From a bacterium (candidate division B38) B3_B38 (GTDB lineage Bacteria > Acidobacteriota > B3-B38 > Guanabaribacteriales > B3-B38): 64,000 nucleotides of DNA. A program made the translations under genes and the position numbers. The DNA lies in the NCBI GenBank assembly GCA_005223145.1, contig NJBL01000002.1:3541-67540 (forward strand), read 5' to 3'. Positions 47,089-56,438 of the stretch are shown piece after piece. Each line of letters starts with the position of its first letter. Within the stretch, counting starts at the first letter, position 1. Under the pieces are notes generated by a model. That model did not search any database, was not told the origin of the DNA, and worked only from the letters and a program-made list of their open reading frames with translations.

Positions 47089-49353
47089 CTATTGGACCTG
47101 AATCTTCGCCGGCACAAAATTAGCGGGGAGAGTGTTAGAGGTGGCATCGCGCACACTGTTATTGGAGAAGACTATATCCGTGCTCCCTGCACCGACTGCC
47201 TTGAAAACCACAGTGCACAATATCCCCGACCCATCCACTCCGGTATCCTTCCCTAACCTGGCGAGACTCACCCTCAGCTGTCCTCCCTTATTGTCATAAT
47301 CCCTGACGAAGCTCACCTGGGCACCATCCTTTCCCAATAAGGGTCCCATAGTTACCTCTACTATCTGCAGAACATTGGGGTCAAAGCCCAGATTGAAGGG
47401 TACATGCCCCACATTACGAGCGTTGTCGAGATTGATGTTGACCGAAAATCTTTCTTCCCGAAAGACGATAAGGCTGGCTGGGGTTATGGAAACCTCAGCG
47501 GGAGTGAGTTCTTCACCCATCTCTTCTGGTTCTGGCTCTGCTTCTTCTTCCTCCGGTGGCGACTCCTCGGCTGGAGGGGTTTCCTCCTCTGTCTCCTTTT
47601 TAGCGGGAGCTGGCTTCTCCTCAGGCGGCTTCTCCCCTGCTGGCTTCATCTCTTCCATTACTGCTCTCTCCTCCAATTCGGCAATGGGTGGCGCCTCTCT
47701 ATAAACCATAGCCCTTTCAGTCCCCGCCCAAATAGCCCTCAGGTCTTCCTCGGTAATGTTGGGGGTTTTGATGATGTGAGGGGTCATGGTAAGAACGATG
47801 TCGGTTTCTACATTCTGGGAAAGCTCTTTGGAGAAAATTTTGCCTAATATAGGTATATCGCTCAACCCCGGGATACCAGAAATGGACTTGCGCTCCTCGA
47901 ACCTTATCAAACCTGCCAGCAGGTTGGTCTCCCCATCCTTCAACCTTATTGTTGATTCTATCATCCGGCTGGTGAAGGTTGGCTGCCCTTCCAGCATTTC
48001 GGCCAGAATCGATTCTATCTTCACTGTGAGTGCGAGGGTGATCTCGTTGTTATGGTGCACTCGGGGGGTCAAATCTATCTGAATCCCTACTCGGCGATAC
48101 TGGTAGGAGTGAATAGGGGTCACCACTCCGATAGTCTGTGCCGGGGTGATGGTGGTCACCCGGATGGGGATTTCCTCTCCGATGAACAGAGAAGCCTTTT
48201 CCCCTTCGGTGATTCTGAGCTGAGGCTTGGCCACGAGGCGGGCGTCACTGGTCTGCTTCAGCAGGGTATAAGTAAAAGAGGGAATAGTCAGGAACCAATC
48301 GGCTTGACTGATATAGGGGATTTGAGAAAGACGGATACCGGTCTCCTCCTGAGCCAGGCCCTGAGTAATGCTGTAACTGCTAAGCAACAAGCCGTATTCG
48401 TTGAGCTTGGTTCGGTTAACCTCTAATATCTCAAGGTCAACTATGACCTCCCCTTTCGATTTATCAGCTCGGTTAATTAACTTTTCGGCAAGGGCAATGA
48501 TATCGGCTGAATCGCGAATGGTGACGGAATTGAGCTGAGGATCCGCGGAAATGTTCCTAATCCCCAGAACGGTGCGGAGCCCCTGTAAGACACTTTTGAC
48601 TTCGGCGTTAGACAGGTAAAAGGTCTGGATCACCAGTTCAGTATACTCCCTTCTCTTGGCCGGGTTGTCGGGGACTACAACTATAGTGGTTGGATTGACG
48701 ATCTTGTAAAAATGACCATTAGTGGTTACCAGAGAATCTAACGCATCCAGGAAGGAGACATTGGCCACCTCAAAGCTCATCTTGCGGTCTCTGATGGTGG
48801 GGTCTAACAGGATGTTTATTCCCGAAAGCTTGGCTAAAGCGGTGTAGACTTCCTTCATGTTGTTGCTGGGGAAGCTAAGGGTAATCTTTTCCGGGGATTT
48901 GGGGCTCAAGTAGACAGGAGGAGCCTTCTCAGTCTCTACCTTCTCTTTGAGCATCTCAATCTCGGTCTTCTCTCTAAGCCTCTCAGCTTCCTCCTCTACC
49001 TTGGCTCGGGCTTTATCCATTTCGATGAGGGCAAGCTGATTGGTGGAGTCTAACTCTATCGCCAACCGAAACTCCACCATTGCTTGCTCGATGTTCTCCT
49101 CTTCCATCATCTGTTTTGCCTTGCTCAAATGCACCTTTGATGCCTGACGACGAGCAGTTTCCAGGCTCAGGCGGTAAGCGAGGTTGTCGGGGTTCAATTT
49201 CATGGCTTCGAAGTAATAGAGCACCGCCTGGTCCCAATCGCCCTCTCTCTCTGCCTGCACTCCCCTCTTATAGGTTTTGGTAGCTGCACAGCCGGCTAAA
49301 AAGAAGAGAAGGAGAACGATTACCAACCTTTTTATTAATAACCCGTTTTTCAC
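47089..49353 (-). CDS. pilQ: secretin (PilQ/GspD family) with N-terminal lipoprotein-TPR module and C-terminal Pro/Glu-rich linker plus cohesin-like domain
   Basis: Lipobox LAGC followed by TPR-like helices. Secretin C-domain ending ...DIVLTMTPHIIKTP. Then the PEEKPAPAKKETEEETPPAEESPPEEEEAEPEPEE linker. The final 140 aa (NLGFDPNVLQIVEVTMGPLL...GSGILCTVVFKAVGAGSTDIVF...AKIQV) match the type-I cohesin beta-sandwich pattern. Confidence 0.8.
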   Translation of the reverse strand: MKNGLLIKRLVIVLLLFFLAGCAATKTYKRGVQAEREGDWDQAVLYYFEAMKLNPDNLAYRLSLETARRQASKVHLSKAKQMMEEENIEQAMVEFRLAIELDSTNQLALIEMDKARAKVEEEAERLREKTEIEMLKEKVETEKAPPVYLSPKSPEKITLSFPSNNMKEVYTALAKLSGINILLDPTIRDRKMSFEVANVSFLDALDSLVTTNGHFYKIVNPTTIVVVPDNPAKRREYTELVIQTFYLSNAEVKSVLQGLRTVLGIRNISADPQLNSVTIRDSADIIALAEKLINRADKSKGEVIVDLEILEVNRTKLNEYGLLLSSYSITQGLAQEETGIRLSQIPYISQADWFLTIPSFTYTLLKQTSDARLVAKPQLRITEGEKASLFIGEEIPIRVTTITPAQTIGVVTPIHSYQYRRVGIQIDLTPRVHHNNEITLALTVKIESILAEMLEGQPTFTSRMIESTIRLKDGETNLLAGLIRFEERKSISGIPGLSDIPILGKIFSKELSQNVETDIVLTMTPHIIKTPNITEEDLRAIWAGTERAMVYREAPPIAELEERAVMEEMKPAGEKPPEEKPAPAKKETEEETPPAEESPPEEEEAEPEPEEMGEELTPAEVSITPASLIVFREERFSVNINLDNARNVGHVPFNLGFDPNVLQIVEVTMGPLLGKDGAQVSFVRDYDNKGGQLRVSLARLGKDTGVDGSGILCTVVFKAVGAGSTDIVFSNNSVRDATSNTLPANFVPAKIQVQ

Positions 49354-49394
49354 TCTTCCTCCTTAAATGACATAATCCATACCGATTATACAAA

Positions 49395-50024
49395 TCAGAA
49401 GTTGCCATTCACTAAGGGGATTTTCTGCTTCAAGCTGGTATTTACTACCCCCAGCTCAATATATTGATAATCTATCTCAAGAATGGTGAATCTCTCCTCT
49501 ATGATGTCCCCCTTGATTCCTACTAAGATTTTGTCCCCTTTTTTGAGGGTAGCTATCATCTGGCTATCCTTTCGGGCAAATCCGAGGAATTTAAATCCAG
49601 CTAACTCCTCGAGCGCGGGGGGAGAACCGGGAGAGGAAGCCTGCTGTTCAGCAGTGGTCTTATCTGCGACCACCCCCCCTTCAGTCTTTCTTGGAGCGTC
49701 TGTTTGCTGCGTCTGCGATGAGGATCGTCTTCTTGTAGAAGCTGGTGCGGCAGCCTTAGCTGCCCCGAACCTGAACAGATTCCTCCCCAAAACAGAGTAA
49801 GCGGGCATCTGCTGGTTGAGGAGCTTCAGGTTTATCTCTGGCAGAAGCGATTTCCCCTGAAGTGAGGAAAGGCGTGCTTCCCCTTCAGATGGAGCCTCTG
49901 AAGTGATAGGGATGCTGGCTATCTCTCCGCTCCTTCCACCTATCCTTCTCAGTTGGTAGGCCACGAGGGCAAAGAACACCACTAACAGAATTAATAACAA
50001 AATCTTTTTCTGCCGTCGCTCCAT
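49395..50024 (-). CDS. PilP-like pilus assembly protein (membrane-anchored, low-complexity linker, C-terminal beta domain)
   Basis: Position between pilO and the secretin. N-terminal TM anchor, Ala/Ser/Thr/Gln-rich linker, C-terminal KGDKILVGIKGDIIEERFTILEIDYQYIEL. Confidence 0.45.
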   Translation of the reverse strand: MERRQKKILLLILLVVFFALVAYQLRRIGGRSGEIASIPITSEAPSEGEARLSSLQGKSLLPEINLKLLNQQMPAYSVLGRNLFRFGAAKAAAPASTRRRSSSQTQQTDAPRKTEGGVVADKTTAEQQASSPGSPPALEELAGFKFLGFARKDSQMIATLKKGDKILVGIKGDIIEERFTILEIDYQYIELGVVNTSLKQKIPLVNGNF

Positions 50025-50071
50025 CTGGGAAACCTCTTTTTATATAATATCAGTCTCCTTGCTCTATCTAT

Positions 50072-50620
50072 TTATAGCAGAGAGAAATAGGTAGACAGCT
50101 TGATGTTGAGTTTGAGATTACCCCCTGTTTCCTCTGGATTAGAAAGCTCTACACGGTCGATAATGAGGAAATATTTGGAGTTTTCAATCTGGTTGACGAA
50201 GCGTCTCAGATTGGCGTAGCTTCCCCGCAGAGGGAAGGTGATTTCAAATAAAATTACTTTATCTTCCTCAATAATTTCGTGGTTATATTGAATGTTCTGC
50301 TTTTCCACCTGAAATCGCTTGGCTAACCTCTCCACCTCGCCAAGTATATCAACCAACCCTTCCTCTTTTTGGCTCAATGTCTTGGAGTAGAAGTTCTCCA
50401 CCTGCCGGCGGATTTCCTTAAGCCTCTTGTCATTCTCTTTTCTTTGAGCCAGCTCCTGCTTTCCTTTCTCTATCCTCATACCAAGGGCAGCAGCTTTACT
50501 ATCCAGTTTTTTGAGCCATCTCTCCCGGGGCAGGGTGAAAATAGTCAGAATAAGGATATTAGCTACCATAGCGACCAGAACCGGTATCACCAACCATTTA
50601 CGATGCCAGAGAAGTTCCAT
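50072..50620 (-). CDS. pilO: PilO-like inner-membrane pilus assembly protein
   Basis: Single TM helix, coiled coil, and C-terminal domain. Positioned after pilN. Confidence 0.6.
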   Translation of the reverse strand: MELLWHRKWLVIPVLVAMVANILILTIFTLPRERWLKKLDSKAAALGMRIEKGKQELAQRKENDKRLKEIRRQVENFYSKTLSQKEEGLVDILGEVERLAKRFQVEKQNIQYNHEIIEEDKVILFEITFPLRGSYANLRRFVNQIENSKYFLIIDRVELSNPEETGGNLKLNIKLSTYFSLL

Positions 50621-50664
50621 TGACTCCCTTTATCAGAACCTATAGCAGAAGTTTCTATAAATGG

Positions 50665-51243
50665 TCATTCGGAAACCTTAACTTTCGGAAAATAGTCCAA
50701 CTGGAGCTTAAAGTCTATCCTCTTAATCCCCTGATGTTCCTTTTCACCTTCTGTGTTTGGGTAGACAGAGGAGAACACTGGTGATTGCTCCAGGTTTTCA
50801 ATAAACTTTAATATATTTTGATAACCATCCCCTATTAAGCGAAGGTTGATTTTGATCCTCCCACCCTCCACTGTAGGGTTGATGGAGACCATCATAATCC
50901 GTGGTGGCATAATATTCTCGAAGTGATTGAAGAGCTCGGTCCAGGAGAGTTTCCGCCAGCTGATGATCCGATTAATGAAGTCAGTATAACTTCTTAGCTC
51001 CTCGACTTTCCGAGGTTCAATGGCGCGCTCGTAATAGCTTAACGCGTGCCCCTGGCGTCGCAAAGCCGCTTCCTTTAGCAGAATCTGCTCCTTTATGTCC
51101 CGCGAGCTATCCACATAATGCACATAGTTCAACCAGTTATAATAGGATAATCCAACCACTACCAACACTGCCATGGTGAAAATAAAATAGAATAGAGCCA
51201 TATTTCTAAAGGGACGAGAAGCTAAATTTATGGATATTCGCAT
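50665..51243 (-). CDS. pilN: PilN-like pilus assembly protein
   Basis: N-terminal MRISINLASRPFRN (the conserved INLLP-like PilM-binding peptide) followed by a TM helix. Confidence 0.65.
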   Translation of the reverse strand: MRISINLASRPFRNMALFYFIFTMAVLVVVGLSYYNWLNYVHYVDSSRDIKEQILLKEAALRRQGHALSYYERAIEPRKVEELRSYTDFINRIISWRKLSWTELFNHFENIMPPRIMMVSINPTVEGGRIKINLRLIGDGYQNILKFIENLEQSPVFSSVYPNTEGEKEHQGIKRIDFKLQLDYFPKVKVSE

Positions 51244-51247
51244 AGGC

Positions 51248-52261
51248 TCAGCCCCTCACCAGTAAACCAATGGTGGCTGCCAACCTTGAGAGCTCTCCTT
51301 TATCTATAGAGACTCCTTCATCCAGTTTCATTGCCCCCCAGGGATTGATGGTTTCCACCTGGAGATCAAAGTTTTCCTGAATCTGGCTTTTAAGCTCTGT
51401 CAAACGGGGACTAATTCCACCCACATAGACCATTTTAAGCCCATTCCCCCCTAAGCGCTCTTTATAATAGATATAAGATGAATTAAGCTCCCGGAGGGCA
51501 ATTTGAAGGATTGATTTTCCTGAAAAGCCAGCTCCTAATTCTTTGGTGCGATAGAAGATAAGCTCCTCCCCTCGGAAGATCACCATAGAGATATATGCCT
51601 CAGAGAAGTTGACCACCATGCTCTCAGAACTATCATTATGCCCTCTTGGTATAGACCAATGGCAGAAATTGACCAGGCCAAAGGAAGAAGGAATAACCAC
51701 ACCGGGAACAACCCCCCAGGGCTCAAACAACCTCTCAAACTGAGCCCGTACATCCCTCTTAATAATAGCTGCCAGAAGCTTTGGAGAACCATCCCTGCTC
51801 ACCATAGGTTGAAAGCCTATCATAGCCTCTTCTATCCTGAAAGGTAAGGTCTTCTTCAGCTTCCATTGGATGAGCTTCACGGTCTCCCCTTCCCTATGGG
51901 GTAAGCGTTGAAGGTTATCGAGGAGAACCACCTTTACTACGTTGTCCGGAATAAGAAGGTAGATTTTTTTTATCTTTGCCTGATCATTGCTCAGGATGGA
52001 AGCGATCTTCTGTTCTACCACGGGTGGAATGACCATATTGGAGCCGAGCATAGAAGCCTGTACCCCTTCCGGGGAAAGCTCCTCCAGAGAGTAATCAGCC
52101 AGAAAGTAGCTCCCTTTGTGGCGGGCAACCCTCGCCCATCCCAGCCATCTCTGGGATATCTCTATCCCTGTAAGGGGGGCTTTGGAGGGGAATCTCACCA
52201 CATCAGCTATAGACTTAAAAGGATTCATTTCTAACAAAGGATTTAGCCTCTTATTCCACAA
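51248..52261 (-). CDS. pilM: PilM-like actin-fold pilus assembly ATPase
   Basis: Actin-like fold of about 330 aa. C-terminal ...LSRLAATIGLLVRG. The start may instead be the internal Met at 52228. Confidence 0.7.
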   Translation of the reverse strand: MWNKRLNPLLEMNPFKSIADVVRFPSKAPLTGIEISQRWLGWARVARHKGSYFLADYSLEELSPEGVQASMLGSNMVIPPVVEQKIASILSNDQAKIKKIYLLIPDNVVKVVLLDNLQRLPHREGETVKLIQWKLKKTLPFRIEEAMIGFQPMVSRDGSPKLLAAIIKRDVRAQFERLFEPWGVVPGVVIPSSFGLVNFCHWSIPRGHNDSSESMVVNFSEAYISMVIFRGEELIFYRTKELGAGFSGKSILQIALRELNSSYIYYKERLGGNGLKMVYVGGISPRLTELKSQIQENFDLQVETINPWGAMKLDEGVSIDKGELSRLAATIGLLVRG

Positions 52262-53903
52262 AGGTGACCCGATTTATCTCTTGCAGGGTTGCAATTCCAT
52301 TGAGCACCTTCTCCAGAGCCGACTCCCGAAGAAACCTCATCCCCTCTGCTTTTGCCTGCTTTTTAACCTCTGCCCCTGCCCTTTTTTCCAGAATCATAGC
52401 CCTGATGGTATCAGACATCTCCATAAATTCCATAATAGCAGTTCTTCCCCTGAAGCTGGTCCCTCCACAATCGATGCACCCTTTCCCCTCGTAAAAAGTG
52501 AAATCGCGGTATTTCTCTACCTCCAACCCCGACTCCTCCAGTAGCTGGGGAGAGGCTTTAACCGGAGTCTTGCAGGAAGGGCAGATAATCCTTACGAGCC
52601 TCTGGGCTAAAACGCAGTTAACCGCAGAGACGAAGTTATAAGGCTCTATTCCCATATGGAGCATCCTTCCCATAACATCGATGACATTGTTCGCATGGAC
52701 AGTGGTGAAGACCAGGTGCCCAGTGAGAGCTGATTGGATGGCTATTTGAGCGGTTTCGGGGTCTCTGATTTCTCCTACCATAATTTTATCGGGGTCGTGC
52801 CTTAATATAGAACGCAGCCCCCGGGCGAAGGTGAGCCCTTTCTTTTCGTTGACCGGCACCTGGGTAATTCCCTCAATCTGGTACTCCACCGGATCTTCGA
52901 TGGTTATAATCTTATCCTCCTCCCGCTTGATTTCTGAAAGCGCAGCATATAGGGTGGTGGTCTTGCCGCTCCCGGTGGGACCGGTCACCAGAAGCATCCC
53001 ATAGGGTTCGGATATATATTTCCTTATCTTCTTCAGCTCCCGGGGGGAGAAACCGAGAACATCGAGCCTGAGCTCAGCAAACTCCTTATTGATGGACTCT
53101 TTGTCCAAAATCCTGATAACGGCATCCTCTCCGAAGATGTTGGGCATAATGGAGACCCGAAAATCGATGGTCCTCCCCTTATATTTGAGTTTGAACCTTC
53201 CATCCTGGGGGATGCGCTTCTCAGCTATGTCCAGCTCGGACATAACCTTTATGCGGGAGATTATGGTCCCGCTGTGCTTATTATCAATGGGCTCCATCGC
53301 CTGTAACAGAGAGCCATCGATCCGATATTTTATGAGCACCTCATCGTCCTTGCTCTCAACATGAATATCACTGGCTCTTCTCTCAATAGCATTGAAGATA
53401 ATGGAATCGACCAGCCTGATCATAGGGCTGGTATCCTGGGTCAGCTTATCGATGGAGAGGCCCTCTTGCTCCCCTTCTTCCTCAGAAACCAGCTGAAGAC
53501 GGAACCCTTCGGTTGCTTCCTCCAGAATCCGCTGCGAGGACTCGCTCTTCTTCAATATCTCCTGGATGGCACTTTTGCAGCCCACCTTAACCTCTATGTG
53601 GATTCCCAGCAAGAGCTCTATCTCATCGACCATAAGGATATCCGAAGGGTCTGCCATGGCGATGGTAAGGGAAGCTTCATTCTTCTCCAGAGGGATAAAA
53701 TTGTACTTCATCATGAGCTGAACCGGTATTCTCTGAAAGAGGTCGTGGTCAACTATGAAATCTGTAAGGTCGATGTATTCGAGACGTAGCTTCTGGGCTA
53801 ATTGCCTCGCTTCTTCCTCCTCGGCTATTTTCGTCTCATTGAAGAATGAGTACCCCTTTGCTCCTTTTGGCAAGTTTTTGTTTTCCTCTTCCATAATGCT
53901 CAA
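52251..53903 (-). CDS. pilB: type IV pilus / T2SS assembly ATPase (GspE/PilB)
   Basis: Walker A LLVTGPTGSGKTTTL. Asp and His boxes. Tetracysteine CPSCK...CIDCGG. Confidence 0.85.
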   Translation of the reverse strand: MSIMEEENKNLPKGAKGYSFFNETKIAEEEEARQLAQKLRLEYIDLTDFIVDHDLFQRIPVQLMMKYNFIPLEKNEASLTIAMADPSDILMVDEIELLLGIHIEVKVGCKSAIQEILKKSESSQRILEEATEGFRLQLVSEEEGEQEGLSIDKLTQDTSPMIRLVDSIIFNAIERRASDIHVESKDDEVLIKYRIDGSLLQAMEPIDNKHSGTIISRIKVMSELDIAEKRIPQDGRFKLKYKGRTIDFRVSIMPNIFGEDAVIRILDKESINKEFAELRLDVLGFSPRELKKIRKYISEPYGMLLVTGPTGSGKTTTLYAALSEIKREEDKIITIEDPVEYQIEGITQVPVNEKKGLTFARGLRSILRHDPDKIMVGEIRDPETAQIAIQSALTGHLVFTTVHANNVIDVMGRMLHMGIEPYNFVSAVNCVLAQRLVRIICPSCKTPVKASPQLLEESGLEVEKYRDFTFYEGKGCIDCGGTSFRGRTAIMEFMEMSDTIRAMILEKRAGAEVKKQAKAEGMRFLRESALEKVLNGIATLQEINRVTFVE

Positions 53904-53940
53904 TCTCCAGTAAGGATGATAAATAAACCTCTGCGCCTGT

Positions 53941-55146
53941 TCACCTCACTGCCGATATCACCCTGAACAGGGGGAGATACATCGACAGAAGCATCCCGGC
54001 AACAACTAATCCCATTCCCACAAGGAGAACTGGCTCCAGCAAGGATATAAGAGAATTGAGGTTATTATCAATCTCCTCGTCGTAGAAATCGGATATATTG
54101 CTCAACATCTCAGAAAGGGAGCCGGTCTCCTCGCCTACCTGTATCATCTCCAGGGTCATTTCGGTCATCAGACCTGTCTTCTCTAAAGAGTCGGACAAAC
54201 TCTCCCCTTCTACTACCTTTTCCACCACATTGCTTACTTCACGGGCGACCAGCTGGTTGCTCACCGATTGAGTGGCAACCTGCAAAGAAGGGACCAATGG
54301 TATTCCTCCAGAAAGCATGGTCGCCAGGCTACGGGTCAGCTGGGAGATAGAATACTTCTTCCAGATACGACCAAACAGCGGGAGCTTGATCCCTACCCGG
54401 CTGAGTAATATCCCCCCCTTCTCCGTTCTCTTCCATAATTGGAAGAAGGCTAAAGCAAGGACGATTATCAAAGCAATAAAGACGATATTCTGCTTTATAA
54501 ACAGGGATACGCGGATCAAAGTTAGGGTCAGAAGGGGCAATTGGGCGTTGAATTCGGCGTAAAACTGGGAAAATTTTGGAAAGACATAGGTAAGCAATAT
54601 GACTACCAGACCGATAGAAAGAGCGATAAGAACCAGGGGATAGGAGATAGATGAAAGCACTTTCTTGCGTAGAGAAGATAGTATACGCACATATCTGGTA
54701 TAGTGTCTCAGCATCCCCTCTAAATCACCGCTCTTCTCCCCTGCCACCAGAGAGGCAATATATATGCGAGGGAAAGCCCCGCCCTGCATATCAAAAGCAT
54801 CCGACAGGGAGAAGCCAGATTTGACCTTTTCCCTCACATCTTGCAAGATGGTCTTAAACCTCGACTTTGGACGCCGCTTGATTAATATATCCAGGGATTG
54901 AAGCACAGGGAGCCCCGCACGGATGAGGGTGGCTAACTCCTGATTGAATATCAGAAAGTCGTCTATCTTGATCTTTTTTCTCCAAAAAGGGAGACCCCCA
55001 GCCAGCGATAGCTTCCTCTTTATGTGGAAGATATAAAAATCCCCCTGCTCCAGCTGTCGACGGAGCACTTCCTCATTAGGAGCGCTGAAAATCTGCTCCA
55101 CTATCTCCCCGGCAGAGTTGCCCACCTTGCACCTATAAAATGCCAT
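53941..55146 (-). CDS. pilC: type IV pilus / T2SS platform protein (GspF/PilC)
   Basis: Two T2SSF repeats with three TM segments. Length 401 aa. Confidence 0.8.
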   Translation of the reverse strand: MAFYRCKVGNSAGEIVEQIFSAPNEEVLRRQLEQGDFYIFHIKRKLSLAGGLPFWRKKIKIDDFLIFNQELATLIRAGLPVLQSLDILIKRRPKSRFKTILQDVREKVKSGFSLSDAFDMQGGAFPRIYIASLVAGEKSGDLEGMLRHYTRYVRILSSLRKKVLSSISYPLVLIALSIGLVVILLTYVFPKFSQFYAEFNAQLPLLTLTLIRVSLFIKQNIVFIALIIVLALAFFQLWKRTEKGGILLSRVGIKLPLFGRIWKKYSISQLTRSLATMLSGGIPLVPSLQVATQSVSNQLVAREVSNVVEKVVEGESLSDSLEKTGLMTEMTLEMIQVGEETGSLSEMLSNISDFYDEEIDNNLNSLISLLEPVLLVGMGLVVAGMLLSMYLPLFRVISAVR

Positions 55147-55156
55147 CTTTCTATGC

Positions 55157-55876
55157 TCACCTCTGAACTTTGGCTGTAATGACCATCAGCAGAGCGCGAT
55201 CGCTCATCTCGCTTTTAGATGCCCCCACAATGATGGTCTGCTGGTTAATCAGGTTCAAGGCAGAACTGAAGAGCTTTTTATATCGGTACTTGCCATTAGG
55301 AAGAAGCTCACTCTTAAACAGCGTGAAGTTCCGCAACTTAATAACCCCCGGACCATCGTCAATAAACTCTCCATAGAAGCTTATAAAATATCGATTGCCC
55401 GCCTGATGCCGGAAATTCTCCCCCTCCACTGCCTTCAGCAAAACCCTGTCCACCAATTCATAGTGGTTGAAGTTCAGAACTCCGCTCAGCCTATTGGCCA
55501 CCTCTTCCAGCTCCACGGAGACCTTGCCTGGCTGAGCGGCTTTGCTGGCTTCAATGAAGTGGATGGCAATAATGAGCCGTTTCGGCGGAAGGTCAAAAGC
55601 CCTTATCACCTTCTCTATTTTCTCGAGGTTGTAAGGGAAGTCTTTGACCACCAATTGCTTCTGCTGCGGCCTTATCAGAATAGACCCCTGGCTGCTGACA
55701 AATGGTCTGATCTTGAGAGTAGCCTCATTGAGGTCTCTAAACCTCAAGGTAAAGGTTTTCTCTTTCAACTTCTGGTCAGAAGCCTCCTGATAACAAAAGG
55801 AGGTAGCAGTAAAACATAGCACCATAATAAGGGAGAGCATTAACCCTATCTCTCCTCTCTGACAAAAATTTCTCAT
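55157..55876 (-). CDS. secreted protein with Secretin_N (NolW-like) domain
   Basis: Signal peptide. LRFRDLNEATLKIRPFVSSQGSILIRPQQKQLVVKDFPYNLEKIEKVIRAFDLPPKRLIIAIHFIEAS follows the Secretin_N pattern (…v.vD.r.N.Liv….i…I..lD.pp.qv.I…iiE.). RBS GGGGGA. Confidence 0.5.
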   Translation of the reverse strand: MRNFCQRGEIGLMLSLIMVLCFTATSFCYQEASDQKLKEKTFTLRFRDLNEATLKIRPFVSSQGSILIRPQQKQLVVKDFPYNLEKIEKVIRAFDLPPKRLIIAIHFIEASKAAQPGKVSVELEEVANRLSGVLNFNHYELVDRVLLKAVEGENFRHQAGNRYFISFYGEFIDDGPGVIKLRNFTLFKSELLPNGKYRYKKLFSSALNLINQQTIIVGASKSEMSDRALLMVITAKVQR

Positions 55877-55895
55877 ATCATCCCCCTTCTGACAT

Positions 55896-56438
55896 CTAAA
55901 GGTCAATTTCTGAGCCGAATATTAAGATAAGATTTGTTTTGTCCTCCAATAGGAGGTTGTAAACTCGGAGGTTAGGGCTTTCTACCTTCTCGAGGGTGGG
56001 ATAACGGTTTTCCAGCTCCTCAGCTTTCTCCGGAGATACCACCTCTCCCCTTCCCTTCCAGGGCTCGGCTATAAGGGAAGGCTCCTCGCCCTTCTCGGCT
56101 TGCTGGAAATGTAACCAGGTAAAGGTAGCTAATAAGGCAATAAGGAGCCCGGCTGCCACGCTGGCAATAACTCTATAGCTCCACCTGAAACGGTAAACCG
56201 GCGCCCTCTCCCACTCAATGGCCGCCTTTATCCGGGACCAGAACCCCTCCCAGAAATATTCCTCCTTTTCCTGCAGGGTTAACAAAGAGAAAAGCTTGGA
56301 AGGCTCATTTAAGCAGACCGCCTTATAACATCTGGGGCAGCGAGCTAAATGCCTCTCTATTTCTCTGGTCTCCTCCTCGGAGAGCTCATATCTGAGGTAA
56401 GAGTCCATTAAAACAGCAATCTCTTTGCAAACTTTCAT
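55896..56438 (-). CDS. zinc-finger (zf-HC2) anti-sigma factor, single-pass membrane
   Basis: HLARCPRCYKAVC motif plus the TM helix VIASVAAGLLIALLATFTWL. Overlaps the sigma gene by 4 nt. Confidence 0.6.
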   Translation of the reverse strand: MKVCKEIAVLMDSYLRYELSEEETREIERHLARCPRCYKAVCLNEPSKLFSLLTLQEKEEYFWEGFWSRIKAAIEWERAPVYRFRWSYRVIASVAAGLLIALLATFTWLHFQQAEKGEEPSLIAEPWKGRGEVVSPEKAEELENRYPTLEKVESPNLRVYNLLLEDKTNLILIFGSEIDL

